A DNA stretch of 44,389 bases from Candidatus Omnitrophota bacterium (GTDB taxonomy: Bacteria > Omnitrophota > Gorgyraeia > Gygaellales > Profunditerraquicolaceae): the NCBI GenBank assembly GCA_043802105.1, contig JAZDLL010000107.1, positions 1-44,389 on the forward strand. Reading direction: 5' to 3'. The notes under the pieces are model-generated. The model did no database searches. It was given only the letters and a program-made list of their open reading frames with translations, and was not told where the DNA came from. Made by a program: the position numbers and the translations under genes. This document shows positions 1-8,508 of this stretch, one piece after another (within the stretch, counting starts at the first letter, position 1; every line of letters starts with the position of its first letter).

Positions 1-228
1 TCCTTGGGCTTTTTTAATGATATCCATTCCCGGTTTTAAATAGACATGATAAGCATTAGCTAAAATTATCTGCGCGCCTGCCTCGCTGACATCTTTAAAC
101 ATCAACCCTTTTACGGTAGCATGCGTGCCTACCGGCATAAAAGCCGGCGTATCAAAATCGCCATGCACAGTAGTAACCCTGCCCAATCTAGCTTGGCTAT
201 TTTTATCTCGATGAATTAATGTGTACAT
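1..228 (-). CDS. tgt: tRNA-guanine transglycosylase (queuine tRNA-ribosyltransferase), first 76 codons only; the gene runs off the window start
   Basis: Not in the ORF track because there is no stop in the window. The reverse complement of 1-228 reads MYTLIHRDKNSQARLGRVTTVHGDFDTPAFMPVGTHATVKGLMFKDVSEAGAQIILANAYHVYLKPGMDIIKKAQG from the ATG at 228-226. The TPxFMPVGTxxxVKG and AQIILxNxYH blocks are the conserved Tgt N-terminus. It lies downstream of queA, as in many bacteria. Confidence 0.9.
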   Translation of the reverse strand, partial: MYTLIHRDKNSQARLGRVTTVHGDFDTPAFMPVGTHATVKGLMFKDVSEAGAQIILANAYHVYLKPGMDIIKKAQG

Positions 229-259
229 ATTTATTCTTAGTAATATACCGAATTACAAG

Positions 260-457
260 ATTTCCGGATTTTGCTGAAGGCGCATTAGAAATTTTTCGGC
301 CCCTCCTCTTTGATAGTGTGCAAGGAATTACGACGAACGCAGGACCTTAATTTTAGCGTAAGTCAGTCCAGGAGTGAGTCGTAAACCGCAGCACACGGCG
401 AAAAATTTCAGCGCCGGAAGCAAAAGACGGAAATCGTTGCACACGACGAAAAATTTC
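260..457. repeat. Long imperfect inverted repeat (arms 260-298 and 399-436) enclosing nested stems, plus a direct 19-nt duplicate (391-409 and 439-457); candidate structured RNA or MITE-like relic in the queA-tgt spacer
   Basis: Arm 260-298 is ATTTCCGGATTTTGCTGAAGGCGCATTAGAAATTTTTCG. The reverse complement of 399-436 is CGATTTCCGTCTTTTGCTTCCGGCGCTGAAATTTTTCG, and about 30 of 39 positions pair. Nested inner stems are 316-321/391-396 (GTGTGC/GCACAC), 329-334/378-383 (TACGAC/GTCGTA) and 342-345/366-369 (GGAC/GTCC). GCACACGGCGAAAAATTTC (391-409) repeats as GCACACGACGAAAAATTTC (439-457). There is no convincing ORF here. Confidence 0.6.
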
Positions 458-488
458 GCACGCGAACAATATCCTAAAGAACAAAATA

Positions 489-1481
489 TCAAATAATCAA
501 CATCGCATCGCCATAACTATAAAACCGGTACTTATTATCCACTGCTTCTTGATACGCTTTTAACATTAAATCTTTCCCTCCAAAAGCACAAACCAGCATA
601 AAAAGCGTTGTCAGCGGCAAATGAAAATTAGTCAACAAGCAATCCACCAATGCGAATTTGTACCCCGGATAGATAAATAAATCTGTATTGCCTTCTTGGC
701 GGCCGCCGGCGTAAGTTTCCAGTGCCCGCAGGCTGGTGGTACCCACAGCAATGATCCGCCCCTTATCCGCTTTTACCTTATTCAGCGCTGCGATGGTGGC
801 CTTAGGCACTAAAAAATACTCTGGGTCCATTTTATGCTCAGTTATATTTTCACATCTTACCGGGCGGAAAGTACCCAGCCCGACATGCAAGGTTACATAA
901 GCCAAATTTACCCCCTCGCCGGAAAGCTGATTGAGCGACTCCGGCGTAAAATGCAGGCCGGCGGTAGGAGAAGCCAGTGCCCCTTCGTTTTTGGCATAAA
1001 CCGTCTGATAATAAACTGTATCGAGGTCCTCCGGCTCCCGCTTGATATATGGCGGCAGAGGGACAATCCCAAAGCTATAAATTACATCCGCTATCTCCTG
1101 CTTAAAACTGATCTGCCCACGGCTGCTTAAAGTTCCGGTAATCTTCTGCGCAGCAAAGATAATCTTTTCGCCAACTTTTGTCCGGCTGGGCTGAACTAAA
1201 CAGGAAAAAGTTGTCCCGTTAAGGCGGCGGGTAAGTAGAATCTCAACCCTGCCCCCGGTTGTTTTTTTCCCCATTAAACGGCAATGCAGCACCTTGGTAT
1301 CATTAAGTACCAACAAATCATTTTTTTTAAAAAACCATGCGATATCTTTAAATACCGCATGGCTAATCTGGCGCAATTTGCGATTTACGATTAAAAGGCG
1401 GGCCTGGTCTCTTTTCTCCAAAGGATACTGAGCAATTAATTCTTTAGGCAGGGGATAATCAAATTCAGCAAGTTTTAACAT
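489..1481 (-). CDS. queA: S-adenosylmethionine:tRNA ribosyltransferase-isomerase
   Basis: The N-terminus LAEFDYPLPKELIAQYPLEKRDQARLLIV and the C-terminal FYSYGDAMLI are typical QueA over its full length. The track ORF begins at a TTG (1526). The first ATG (1481, MLKLAEFDY...) matches the N-termini of homologs. Confidence 0.93.
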   Translation of the reverse strand: MLKLAEFDYPLPKELIAQYPLEKRDQARLLIVNRKLRQISHAVFKDIAWFFKKNDLLVLNDTKVLHCRLMGKKTTGGRVEILLTRRLNGTTFSCLVQPSRTKVGEKIIFAAQKITGTLSSRGQISFKQEIADVIYSFGIVPLPPYIKREPEDLDTVYYQTVYAKNEGALASPTAGLHFTPESLNQLSGEGVNLAYVTLHVGLGTFRPVRCENITEHKMDPEYFLVPKATIAALNKVKADKGRIIAVGTTSLRALETYAGGRQEGNTDLFIYPGYKFALVDCLLTNFHLPLTTLFMLVCAFGGKDLMLKAYQEAVDNKYRFYSYGDAMLII

Positions 1482-1537
1482 TAAATGAGCGCTTGACTTA
1501 CGAGTACCATAGTACGAGTAAGTCAATGCGCGAATTA

Positions 1538-1563
1538 ATCCCGCCGAATAAGTGAGGCGGGAT
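1538..1563 (-). terminator. Hairpin ATCCCGCC-(10 nt)-GGCGGGAT between the GHL10-like gene and queA; possible weak terminator or processing site
   Basis: There is a perfect 8-bp GC-rich stem 22 nt downstream of the stop at 1585. No clear U-tract follows it on the minus strand (TAATTCG). Confidence 0.3.
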
Positions 1564-1584
1564 CTCTGCTTATATAAAGCTGGG

Positions 1585-2763
1585 TTAGTTCAGGTAGCCT
1601 ATAACTTGATCGGTTAAATCGTCAATCGAATAGAGGATTATACCATCGGGCGCCAAATCAGTAATCAAACGCAATTGATTAAAAAACAGGTCTGGATTAT
1701 CTTTCATTAAAAAGGCTCCTATCCCAACATAAATTTTTCCTTCACCGCGATGGCCCAAGCTGCTTTTTACCACTTCTTTAACAAACTGATTATCCCTAGA
1801 ATAAGACATCAAAACCGCATAATCAATTATCCCCTCTTCCAACCAAGCCGACCAATCTTGGAAAGCGTTGCTGTATGCGCGCTCGACCACCGGGATAACG
1901 GCGCAAGAAACCGCCAAACCCGGAGATTTAACTTTAACCAGGCTGGAAATTTTACGCAGCAAATCGGTAACCTGCTGGCGCTTCCAATTATCCCAAGCCA
2001 AATACTCATCTTCATTATTCAACGTATCTAAAACGTTAATCCCGGTTTTATCGCGAAAGCGCTCAACATTAGCCGGCCCATAACCATAGGTTAAACCGAA
2101 TTTATTAAACCGGGAACCCGGAACAAACGGAACCGGCGAAGGATAGCGCAGATAATCTAAGTGTATTCCGCTAAATAACGGATAGCGGTTAATAATTTCA
2201 TTAATCACCGTTAATATATACGTCTCCACCTTAGGATCCCCCGGCTCTAAAAATATCATATCTTCTCTTAAGTAATATTTATCCAGCTCGGTATTGGCAG
2301 AAATCTTCGCTGGCCTTTGATACTGATCCCGGGTAAGAATGGAGCTGCCGTACTTATTCAGAATATCGGCTTTGTCGTTTTTGCCTAATCCCAAGATGTT
2401 TACCCAGGCAAAAACTTTAATATTATTCTGCCCGGCTTCCCTGAGCAATAAATCCAGCGTATCTAAGCCGGCGGAAGTAACTATCTGGTCATATTTTGTT
2501 TTATTGCTGATCTTAGAATCATAATAAGCATTGCCCGACTGAAAAATCTGCAGATAAATCTCATTTATTTTAGCCTTGTTACATAGGGCAATCAAACTAT
2601 GCACCCCGGCCTCGGAATAAAGCATTTTTTTTGCGGAAAACACCGACACCCAAACACCTCTAACCGGCCCCTCTTTAGCTTTAGTCTGTACATCTTCAGC
2701 TAAAACCAATTTAAGACTAAATAAATAACAGAATAAAAATATAATTAATATTTTAGATTTCAT
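1585..2763 (-). CDS. Secreted glycoside-hydrolase-like protein (GHL10 / DUF187, YngK-YddW type TIM barrel)
   Basis: The ATG at 2763 is preceded by AAGGAG. The signal peptide is MKSKILIIFLFCYLFSLKLVLA. The blocks GVWVSVF, INEIYLQIF, VFAWVN and GIHLDYLRYP resemble the GHL10 family. The track's upstream GTG start (2787) lies inside the terminator hairpin. Confidence 0.7.
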   Translation of the reverse strand: MKSKILIIFLFCYLFSLKLVLAEDVQTKAKEGPVRGVWVSVFSAKKMLYSEAGVHSLIALCNKAKINEIYLQIFQSGNAYYDSKISNKTKYDQIVTSAGLDTLDLLLREAGQNNIKVFAWVNILGLGKNDKADILNKYGSSILTRDQYQRPAKISANTELDKYYLREDMIFLEPGDPKVETYILTVINEIINRYPLFSGIHLDYLRYPSPVPFVPGSRFNKFGLTYGYGPANVERFRDKTGINVLDTLNNEDEYLAWDNWKRQQVTDLLRKISSLVKVKSPGLAVSCAVIPVVERAYSNAFQDWSAWLEEGIIDYAVLMSYSRDNQFVKEVVKSSLGHRGEGKIYVGIGAFLMKDNPDLFFNQLRLITDLAPDGIILYSIDDLTDQVIGYLN

Positions 2764-2773
2764 GGTTCTCCTT

Positions 2774-2802
2774 AAAAGATCCTGCACCTTCGGTGCAGGA
2801 TC
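2774..2802 (-). terminator. Rho-independent terminator downstream of queH
   Basis: On the minus strand, GATCCTGCACC-GAA-GGTGCAGGATC forms an 11-bp perfect stem. It is followed by TTTT and then immediately by the AAGGAG RBS of the next gene. Confidence 0.75.
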
Positions 2803-2817
2803 AATTCGGCCGACGAC

Positions 2818-3369
2818 TTATGTCGCTACCGCTCCATAAGTTTGTGGCCTCATTGAATATTTACAACCGCAATATTTTTGACGATAAATACCTTTATTCT
2901 TGGCCTCTATCTGGGCTTGCTTAAAACCCGGCCGGAAATCTTCATAATAAAAATCTATCCCTACCTGCTGGCCAATTTGATAGCCCAATTGCTTAAGCCT
3001 CTGGTGATCCTGGTACGGGCTGACTAATAAAGTGGTGCTAAATGCTGCACAACCGTTCTTTTTAGCCCAACTTGCAGTTTTACATAGACGCAATGACCAG
3101 CAGCTTGCACACCGCCGGGACTGTTCAAGTAGATTTTCTAAAGTACCAATTGCCTGTAAAAAATCGGATTCCTGATGTTGGGGATACTCTACATCCAGTG
3201 AAAATTCCTGACTCAAAATTTTTAAACCTTCAACCCGGCGATGATATTCAGTGAGCGGATAAAGATTGGGATTATAATAAAATCCTCTAATTTTAAATCC
3301 TTGTTCTTTTAATCTGCTAAAAGGATAGATTAAACAAGGCCCGCAGCAGATGTGCAGTAGAATATCCAT
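2818..3369 (-). CDS. queH: Epoxyqueuosine reductase QueH (DUF208 family)
   Basis: MDILLHICCGPC at the N-terminus, plus the internal RCASCW and C-terminal YCGC cysteine pattern, is characteristic of QueH. The first ATG is at 3369; the track start at 3381 is a TTG. Confidence 0.85.
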   Translation of the reverse strand: MDILLHICCGPCLIYPFSRLKEQGFKIRGFYYNPNLYPLTEYHRRVEGLKILSQEFSLDVEYPQHQESDFLQAIGTLENLLEQSRRCASCWSLRLCKTASWAKKNGCAAFSTTLLVSPYQDHQRLKQLGYQIGQQVGIDFYYEDFRPGFKQAQIEAKNKGIYRQKYCGCKYSMRPQTYGAVAT

Positions 3370-3389
3370 TACTCTAACCAACTAGAAAA

Positions 3390-4433
3390 TTATTCCTGTT
3401 GTTCCTGATTAAACTTTAACCCAAAATGCTCAAAGGCCTTAGCCGTAGCTAAACGCCCGCGCGAAGTACGTTTTAAATACCCGGCCATTAAAAGATACGG
3501 CTCAACCGTATCCTGTATCGTATCTACCTCTTCGTTCAAGCTGGCCGCCAAAGACTCAATCCCCACCGGCCCGCCGCCGAAAGACTCCAAAATTAATTTT
3601 AAGACCTTGCGATCCAAATCATCAAAACCTGCCTGATCAATACCCAGTTCATTAAGAATCTTAGCAGCGGCAGCCTGGTCAACCTTGTCGATTTTTAAAA
3701 CCTGGGCGTAGTCCCTCACCCGGCGCAAGAGCCGGTTGGCGATGCGCGGAGTTCCCCGGGAGCGTTTAGCAATCTCTAAAGTTGCCGCCTCATCAATTTT
3801 TACCGATAATAACTGGCTGGAATTTTTTATAATTTTAGCTAGGTCTTCTATTTTATAAAAATCCAAACTATAAAATATACCAAACCTTCCCCGCAGCGGA
3901 GCGGCTAAAAGCCCGCTGCGCGTAGTAGCCCCGATCAAAGTAAAAGGCTTAAGGTTAAACTTAATGGTTTTAGCGTAAGGCCCTTTATCAATCACAAAGT
4001 CGATCTGAAAACTTTCCATGGCCGGATATAAAAATTCTTCCACCACTTTAGACATCCGGTGTATCTCATCGATAAAAAGGATGTCCCCGTTTTCCAAATT
4101 AGTCAAGATACCGATCAAATCTCCGGCCCGCTCAATCGCCGGGCCGCTAGTGGCGGTGATTTTAGCGCCCATTTCGTGGGCGATGATATGCGACAGGGAT
4201 GTTTTACCCAGGCCCGGAGGCCCGCTTAAAAGCACATGCTCTAAAGGCTCTTTTCTCTGGCTGGCGGCCTGAATAGCAATTTTTAAATTATCCACCACCT
4301 CCTGATGGCCGACGAACTCCCCAAACTTCTTGGGCCTTAAGGATATATTTAAAACTACATCCTCTTCGGATTCCTTAAGGTCAGCAATAATGGAATCAGC
4401 CTTCAGTAGTGTGTGTCTGGTCTCTTCGCTCAT
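3390..4433 (-). CDS. ruvB: Holliday junction branch-migration helicase RuvB
   Basis: It has an AAA+ Walker A (GPPGLGKTS), a Walker B (ILFIDEIH), TRSGLLAAPLRGRFG and a RuvB C-terminal winged helix. The length is full (347 aa). Confidence 0.97.
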   Translation of the reverse strand: MSEETRHTLLKADSIIADLKESEEDVVLNISLRPKKFGEFVGHQEVVDNLKIAIQAASQRKEPLEHVLLSGPPGLGKTSLSHIIAHEMGAKITATSGPAIERAGDLIGILTNLENGDILFIDEIHRMSKVVEEFLYPAMESFQIDFVIDKGPYAKTIKFNLKPFTLIGATTRSGLLAAPLRGRFGIFYSLDFYKIEDLAKIIKNSSQLLSVKIDEAATLEIAKRSRGTPRIANRLLRRVRDYAQVLKIDKVDQAAAAKILNELGIDQAGFDDLDRKVLKLILESFGGGPVGIESLAASLNEEVDTIQDTVEPYLLMAGYLKRTSRGRLATAKAFEHFGLKFNQEQQE

Positions 4434-5169
4434 AAGGAATAATATTTTCTTTGTTTCGGGATATAATTATGTCTTCAAATTCTACGTCTTGACGGGCAAT
4501 AATTTCTTTCATTTTTGCCAGCTCCAGAATGGCCAAAAAGATCACGATGATTTCCATTTTACTCTTGGTCTTAACGAACAAATCAGCCAGTTTAATTTCT
4601 GTGTGCACCAAAAGCAAGTGCAGGATGTCATGGACTTTTTGCTCAACCGTATATTGGTCTTTAATTACCTCATAAAAAACTTCTCGAGGAACATCTTTTA
4701 AGGCCTGAGAAAAAGCACTAATTAAATCAAAAATACTGGCTTCGAAATATTTATCCTCTGGCTTATCCGAGACATCAGAACTAGCCGGATCCGGGGTTTT
4801 GGGGCGTTTAAAAACTTCCTGCTGGCTGATTTCCCTTTGCTTTAAATTTTCGGCGATTTGTTTAAACTTTTCATATTCCAGCAGCCTTTTTACCAGCTCG
4901 GCGCGCGGGTCTTCCTCAGCTTCTTGAGCCGCCAACTCTTCTGCCGGAAGCAGCATCTTGGATTTTATCTGCATCAGCGTTGCCGCCATAACCAAAAATT
5001 CTCCGACAATATTTAAATCCAAAAGTTGCATCAAATTAATATACTCCAAGTATTGTTGAGTGACCTTAGCAATCGGAATATCGTAAATATTAAGGTGGTC
5101 TTTTTTTACTAGATATAATAGCAGATCTAACGGACCTTCAAACATATCTAGGCGAATTTTATAATTCAT
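4396..5169 (-). CDS. scpA: Segregation and condensation protein A (kleisin)
   Basis: FEGPLDLLLYLVKKDHLNIYDIPIAKVTQQYLEY is the conserved ScpA N-terminus, and the protein is 257 aa. The stop overlaps the ruvB start by 38 nt in a different frame. Confidence 0.9.
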   Translation of the reverse strand: MNYKIRLDMFEGPLDLLLYLVKKDHLNIYDIPIAKVTQQYLEYINLMQLLDLNIVGEFLVMAATLMQIKSKMLLPAEELAAQEAEEDPRAELVKRLLEYEKFKQIAENLKQREISQQEVFKRPKTPDPASSDVSDKPEDKYFEASIFDLISAFSQALKDVPREVFYEVIKDQYTVEQKVHDILHLLLVHTEIKLADLFVKTKSKMEIIVIFLAILELAKMKEIIARQDVEFEDIIISRNKENIIPYERRDQTHTTEG

Positions 5170-6146
5170 ATTTTAAGCAATCCTCTAACTTGCCCGATAG
5201 TTTTCTTGGCCAGCAAAGATGCCTTGGCCCGGCCAACGGATAAGATCTCCTGAATCTGCTTTTTGTCTTTTTGCAAGAACTGCCTTTTTTCCTGAACCGG
5301 CGCCAATAAATTGATCAGTAAAGCTGCCAACTCTTTTTTGCACTCCGTGCAACTAATCGTAGCTTTTAGGCAACGCTCATGAGCCGGGCTCTTAAGCGCC
5401 GGGGCGAAAGCCGCATAATAAGAAAAAACGCTGCATTTATCCGGATGCCCGCCGTCCGCAACCCGAATGCGCTGGGGGTCGGTAAACATCCCTTGCACCT
5501 TTTTACGGATAACCTCCGGCGCATCAGAGAGAGCAATATAATTGTTATAACTCTTACTCATCTTACGGCCATCCAGGCCTAAAAGACGGGTCGTCTGGGT
5601 AAGCAAGGCTTGCGGTTGCGCAAAACAAGTTGTTTTGTAAAGATGATTAAATTTGCGTACAATCTGACGACACAATTCTAAATGCGGCAGTTGATCTTCG
5701 CCTACCGGCACACAATCGGCCTTATAAAGTAAAATATCCGCCGCTTGTAAAACCGGGTACCCTAAAAAAGCATAAGTACTTAAATCACGGTTAACCACTT
5801 GACGCAACTGTTCTTTATAAGTGGGGCAGCGCTCAAGCAACCCTAAGGGTGTAATTAAAGAAAGGATAAAATACAGCTCCAGGTGCTCAGGCACCTGCGA
5901 CTGAATAAAAATAGTGGATCTTTCAGGATCAATTCCGCAGGAAAGCCAATCTAGAACATTGTCCAACAGATTAGCTTCAAGATCAGCCGGGTTTTCATAC
6001 TCCGACATCAGCGCATGCCAATCCGCAACCATAAAAAAACAATCGTACTCATCCTGCAGCTTGGTCCAATTGGCTAAAGCTCCCACCAGATGGCCCAGGT
6101 GCAATTTACCGGTAGGACGCATTCCGCTTAATATTCTTTTTTTCAT
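5166..6146 (-). CDS. trpS: Tryptophan-tRNA ligase
   Basis: It carries the class I motifs PTGKLHLGH and KMSKS and has the TrpRS length (326 aa). There are ATGA overlaps with both neighbours. Confidence 0.97.
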   Translation of the reverse strand: MKKRILSGMRPTGKLHLGHLVGALANWTKLQDEYDCFFMVADWHALMSEYENPADLEANLLDNVLDWLSCGIDPERSTIFIQSQVPEHLELYFILSLITPLGLLERCPTYKEQLRQVVNRDLSTYAFLGYPVLQAADILLYKADCVPVGEDQLPHLELCRQIVRKFNHLYKTTCFAQPQALLTQTTRLLGLDGRKMSKSYNNYIALSDAPEVIRKKVQGMFTDPQRIRVADGGHPDKCSVFSYYAAFAPALKSPAHERCLKATISCTECKKELAALLINLLAPVQEKRQFLQKDKKQIQEILSVGRAKASLLAKKTIGQVRGLLKI

Positions 6147-8455
6147 AGTTTACGGGCAATTTTCTCTATATCATAAGCTTCAATAATATCCCCTTCAACT
6201 AATTGGTCAAACCCACCCACCGCAATACCGCATTCAAACCCCTCGCCAACCTCGCGCACATCATCCTTAAAACGTTTGAGACTGGAAATCTTGCCTTCGA
6301 AAGCTACCTCACCATTGCGCATCAGCGTAATCATGCAACTACGGTTGATTTTACCCTTGGTTACAAAACATCCGGCAATAATACCGGAATGGGAAAGCTT
6401 AAACATCTTCCTCACCTCAGCCCGGCCTAAAAACACTTTCTTTAATTTTGGATCCAGCATCCCCTCAACCGCAGCTTTAATATCATTGGCTAACTCATAA
6501 ATAATACTATACGTTTTAACTTCAATTCCTTCTTTAGAGACCAGCTCCTTAGCCGGCTCATCAGCGGAAACATTAAATCCTAAAAGTAGCGCATCGGAAG
6601 CTACCGCTAAAATTACATCGGAAGTATTAATGTTTCCTGCCCCCATATGTATAATATTAATATTTATCTCAGAAACATTGAGCTTATCCAGGGTGTCTTT
6701 AATTGCCTCCAGCGACCCCTGGACATCCGCTTTAATAATTAATTTTAATTCTTTAATTTTGCCGGCAGCAATCTGGGCGTGCAGCTCTTCCAGGTTAACC
6801 CGTTTAACTTCTTTAACCTGTTGAAGCTTTTCTTTTTCCATACGGGCCGCAATCAAGCTTTGGGCCTGCTTTTCATCTTCAATCACAAAAAACTGCTCCC
6901 CCACTTGCGGAATTCCGCTGATCCCCAAAATTTCTACCGGAGTTGCCGGGCCAACCGTCGTTACTCCCTGGCCCCGATCGTCGAGCATTGCCCGGACCTT
7001 GCCGTACAGATTACCAACGATTATATTTTGATTAAGATGCAATGTGCCATTCTGTACCAGGAGCGTAGCTACCGGCCCCCGGCCTTTAGCCATCCGGGCT
7101 TCCAACACTACCCCATAAGCCAGGCGATCAGGATTGGCCTTTAACTCCATAATTTCGGCTTGCAACAAAATCATCTCCAGCAAGCTATCTATTCCTACGC
7201 CAGTCTTAGCCGAAACCGCCACCGTAATCGTTTTACCACCCCAATCTTCAGGAGTTAATCCGGCCGTGGCTAGCTGTTTTTTTACAGTGTCCAGATTAGC
7301 CTGGGCTTTATCTATTTTATTAATTGCCACAATGATCGATACTCCGGCAGCCCGCGCATGATCAATTGCTTCTTGAGTTTGCGGCATAATTCCATCATCC
7401 GCGGCCACCACTAACACCACAATATCGGTAATCCGCGCGCCGCGAGCACGCATCGCGGTAAACGCTTCATGGCCGGGGGTATCTAAAAAGGTAATCTCCC
7501 CCTGCGCAAGGCTGACCCGGTAAGCGCCAATATGTTGAGTAATCCCTCCGTGCTCTGCCTCGGTAACTTTAGTTTTACGTATCGCGTCCAAAAGAGAGGT
7601 CTTACCATGATCAACATGCCCCATAAAAGTAACGATCGGCGAGCGGCTCTTTTGCTCTTGCGGCTCATCAACTCTCTTATGCGCCTGCAAAGCCAGTTCT
7701 TCGGCGTTAGGCGCTTGCTTAATTCCAAAATTATATTTCAAACATAACTTACTTAAAGTGGTCTCATCCAAAAGCTGGTTAATCCCTATCATCACCCCCA
7801 TGCCCATGAGATGTTTAATCAGAATGGAAGACTTCTCCTGCAATTTTATAGCTAAATCTTTAACGGTAATAGGCAGCTCCAGCTCAATTTCTTTTTCCGG
7901 GGCTTTAACCTTAACTTCAGGGGGAAGAACCGCAGCTGGACTGGCTTTCGCTAAAATTTCCGGGATAGCTTCCGATTTTATTTTAGGAGCTACTGGTGCC
8001 TTAACCTCAACTTTAGCTTTAACCTCAGGTTTATGTACAGCTTTAACCTCAAGCTTATGTGCAGGCTTAACCTCAGGCTTATGTGCAGGCTTAACCTCAA
8101 GCTTTATTTCAGGTTTAATTTCAGGCTTAATTACAAACTTGGGCTCCACCTTAACCTCAGCCTTAACCGCGACTTTCGGCACAATTTTTATCTGCTGTTT
8201 GGTTACCGATTTAAGCATAGATTTAAATACCGGCTTATGGCTTTGAAATTGGCTTTGCCTAGTGGAAGACAAACCACTGCTCTCTAGCTTATGGCTTTGG
8301 CTAGCCTTTTTTACTGCTAATTTAGGCTTAAGCGGTTTAGCCTTGGCCGCCTCTGGCGCTTTTACAGTCAACTTCTTAGATTTTAGTTCTACTTTAACTT
8401 TAGATTTGACTGGCGATTTTCTTATCGCTGTTTTTTCTTTTTTTAGTTTTGGCAT
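6143..8455 (-). CDS. infB: Translation initiation factor IF-2
   Basis: The GTPase motifs [17 protein letters not shown] and NKID are present, along with the conserved IF2 C-terminal domains. The N-terminal region is Lys/Pro/Glu/Val-rich and repetitive. Confidence 0.97.
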   Translation of the reverse strand: MPKLKKEKTAIRKSPVKSKVKVELKSKKLTVKAPEAAKAKPLKPKLAVKKASQSHKLESSGLSSTRQSQFQSHKPVFKSMLKSVTKQQIKIVPKVAVKAEVKVEPKFVIKPEIKPEIKLEVKPAHKPEVKPAHKLEVKAVHKPEVKAKVEVKAPVAPKIKSEAIPEILAKASPAAVLPPEVKVKAPEKEIELELPITVKDLAIKLQEKSSILIKHLMGMGVMIGINQLLDETTLSKLCLKYNFGIKQAPNAEELALQAHKRVDEPQEQKSRSPIVTFMGHVDHGKTSLLDAIRKTKVTEAEHGGITQHIGAYRVSLAQGEITFLDTPGHEAFTAMRARGARITDIVVLVVAADDGIMPQTQEAIDHARAAGVSIIVAINKIDKAQANLDTVKKQLATAGLTPEDWGGKTITVAVSAKTGVGIDSLLEMILLQAEIMELKANPDRLAYGVVLEARMAKGRGPVATLLVQNGTLHLNQNIIVGNLYGKVRAMLDDRGQGVTTVGPATPVEILGISGIPQVGEQFFVIEDEKQAQSLIAARMEKEKLQQVKEVKRVNLEELHAQIAAGKIKELKLIIKADVQGSLEAIKDTLDKLNVSEININIIHMGAGNINTSDVILAVASDALLLGFNVSADEPAKELVSKEGIEVKTYSIIYELANDIKAAVEGMLDPKLKKVFLGRAEVRKMFKLSHSGIIAGCFVTKGKINRSCMITLMRNGEVAFEGKISSLKRFKDDVREVGEGFECGIAVGGFDQLVEGDIIEAYDIEKIARKL
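8019..8138 (-). repeat. 24-nt (8-codon) tandem repeats inside the infB N-terminal region
   Basis: TTAACCTC recurs at 8019, 8043, 8067 and 8091, with a degenerate copy (TTAATTTC) at 8115. The region encodes [43 protein letters not shown]. Confidence 0.85.
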
Positions 8456-8508
8456 GTTTTCTCTTTTCTTCTTGGCCCAGCCCTGGGAAGGGCCTTGATA
8501 TTAAAAAA

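Noticed and set aside
260-457. A preQ1 riboswitch or SRP (4.5S) RNA in the queA-tgt spacer
   Set aside because: The location next to queuosine genes suggested preQ1. However, I could not find the short P1 stem, C-rich loop and A-rich tail with ACUA(A/G)GG architecture, and tgt/queA are not typical preQ1-regulated genes. CCGGAAGCA resembles the SRP GGAAGCA motif, but the flanking complementary helix and GNRA loop context are absent.
1482-1526. Longer 5' extensions in the ORF track (also 2764-2787, 3370-3381, 21473-21499, 25341-25346 and 32266-32271)
   Set aside because: The queA, queH, GHL10-like and synthase-like extensions start at TTG or GTG codons; the DUF4912 and lptB extensions abut or overlap the gene's own RBS. 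One (2787) lies inside a terminator hairpin. All add residues absent from homolog N-termini. A downstream ATG with better context was chosen in each case.
4396-4433. The 38-nt scpA/ruvB overlap as a possible frameshift, fusion or sequencing error
   Set aside because: Both proteins are full length with normal termini in different frames. RuvB's Met1 aligns with homolog N-termini. Similar overlaps (23-26 nt) occur at uppS/cdsA, ispG/cpaF and lptA/lptB, so long overlaps look like a genome habit.
4330-4701. A 123-aa plus-strand ORF spanning the scpA/ruvB junction
   Set aside because: It is antisense to two well-supported genes, has a Phe/Asn/Ile-rich composition typical of an AT-rich shadow frame, and shows no motifs.
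7758-8287. Plus-strand ORFs of 162 and 84 aa with striking internal repeats ([11 protein letters not shown]..., [12 protein letters not shown]...)
   Set aside because: They are the antisense reading of the 24-nt tandem repeats in the infB N-terminal region. The repetitiveness is inherited from infB, which is clearly the real gene.
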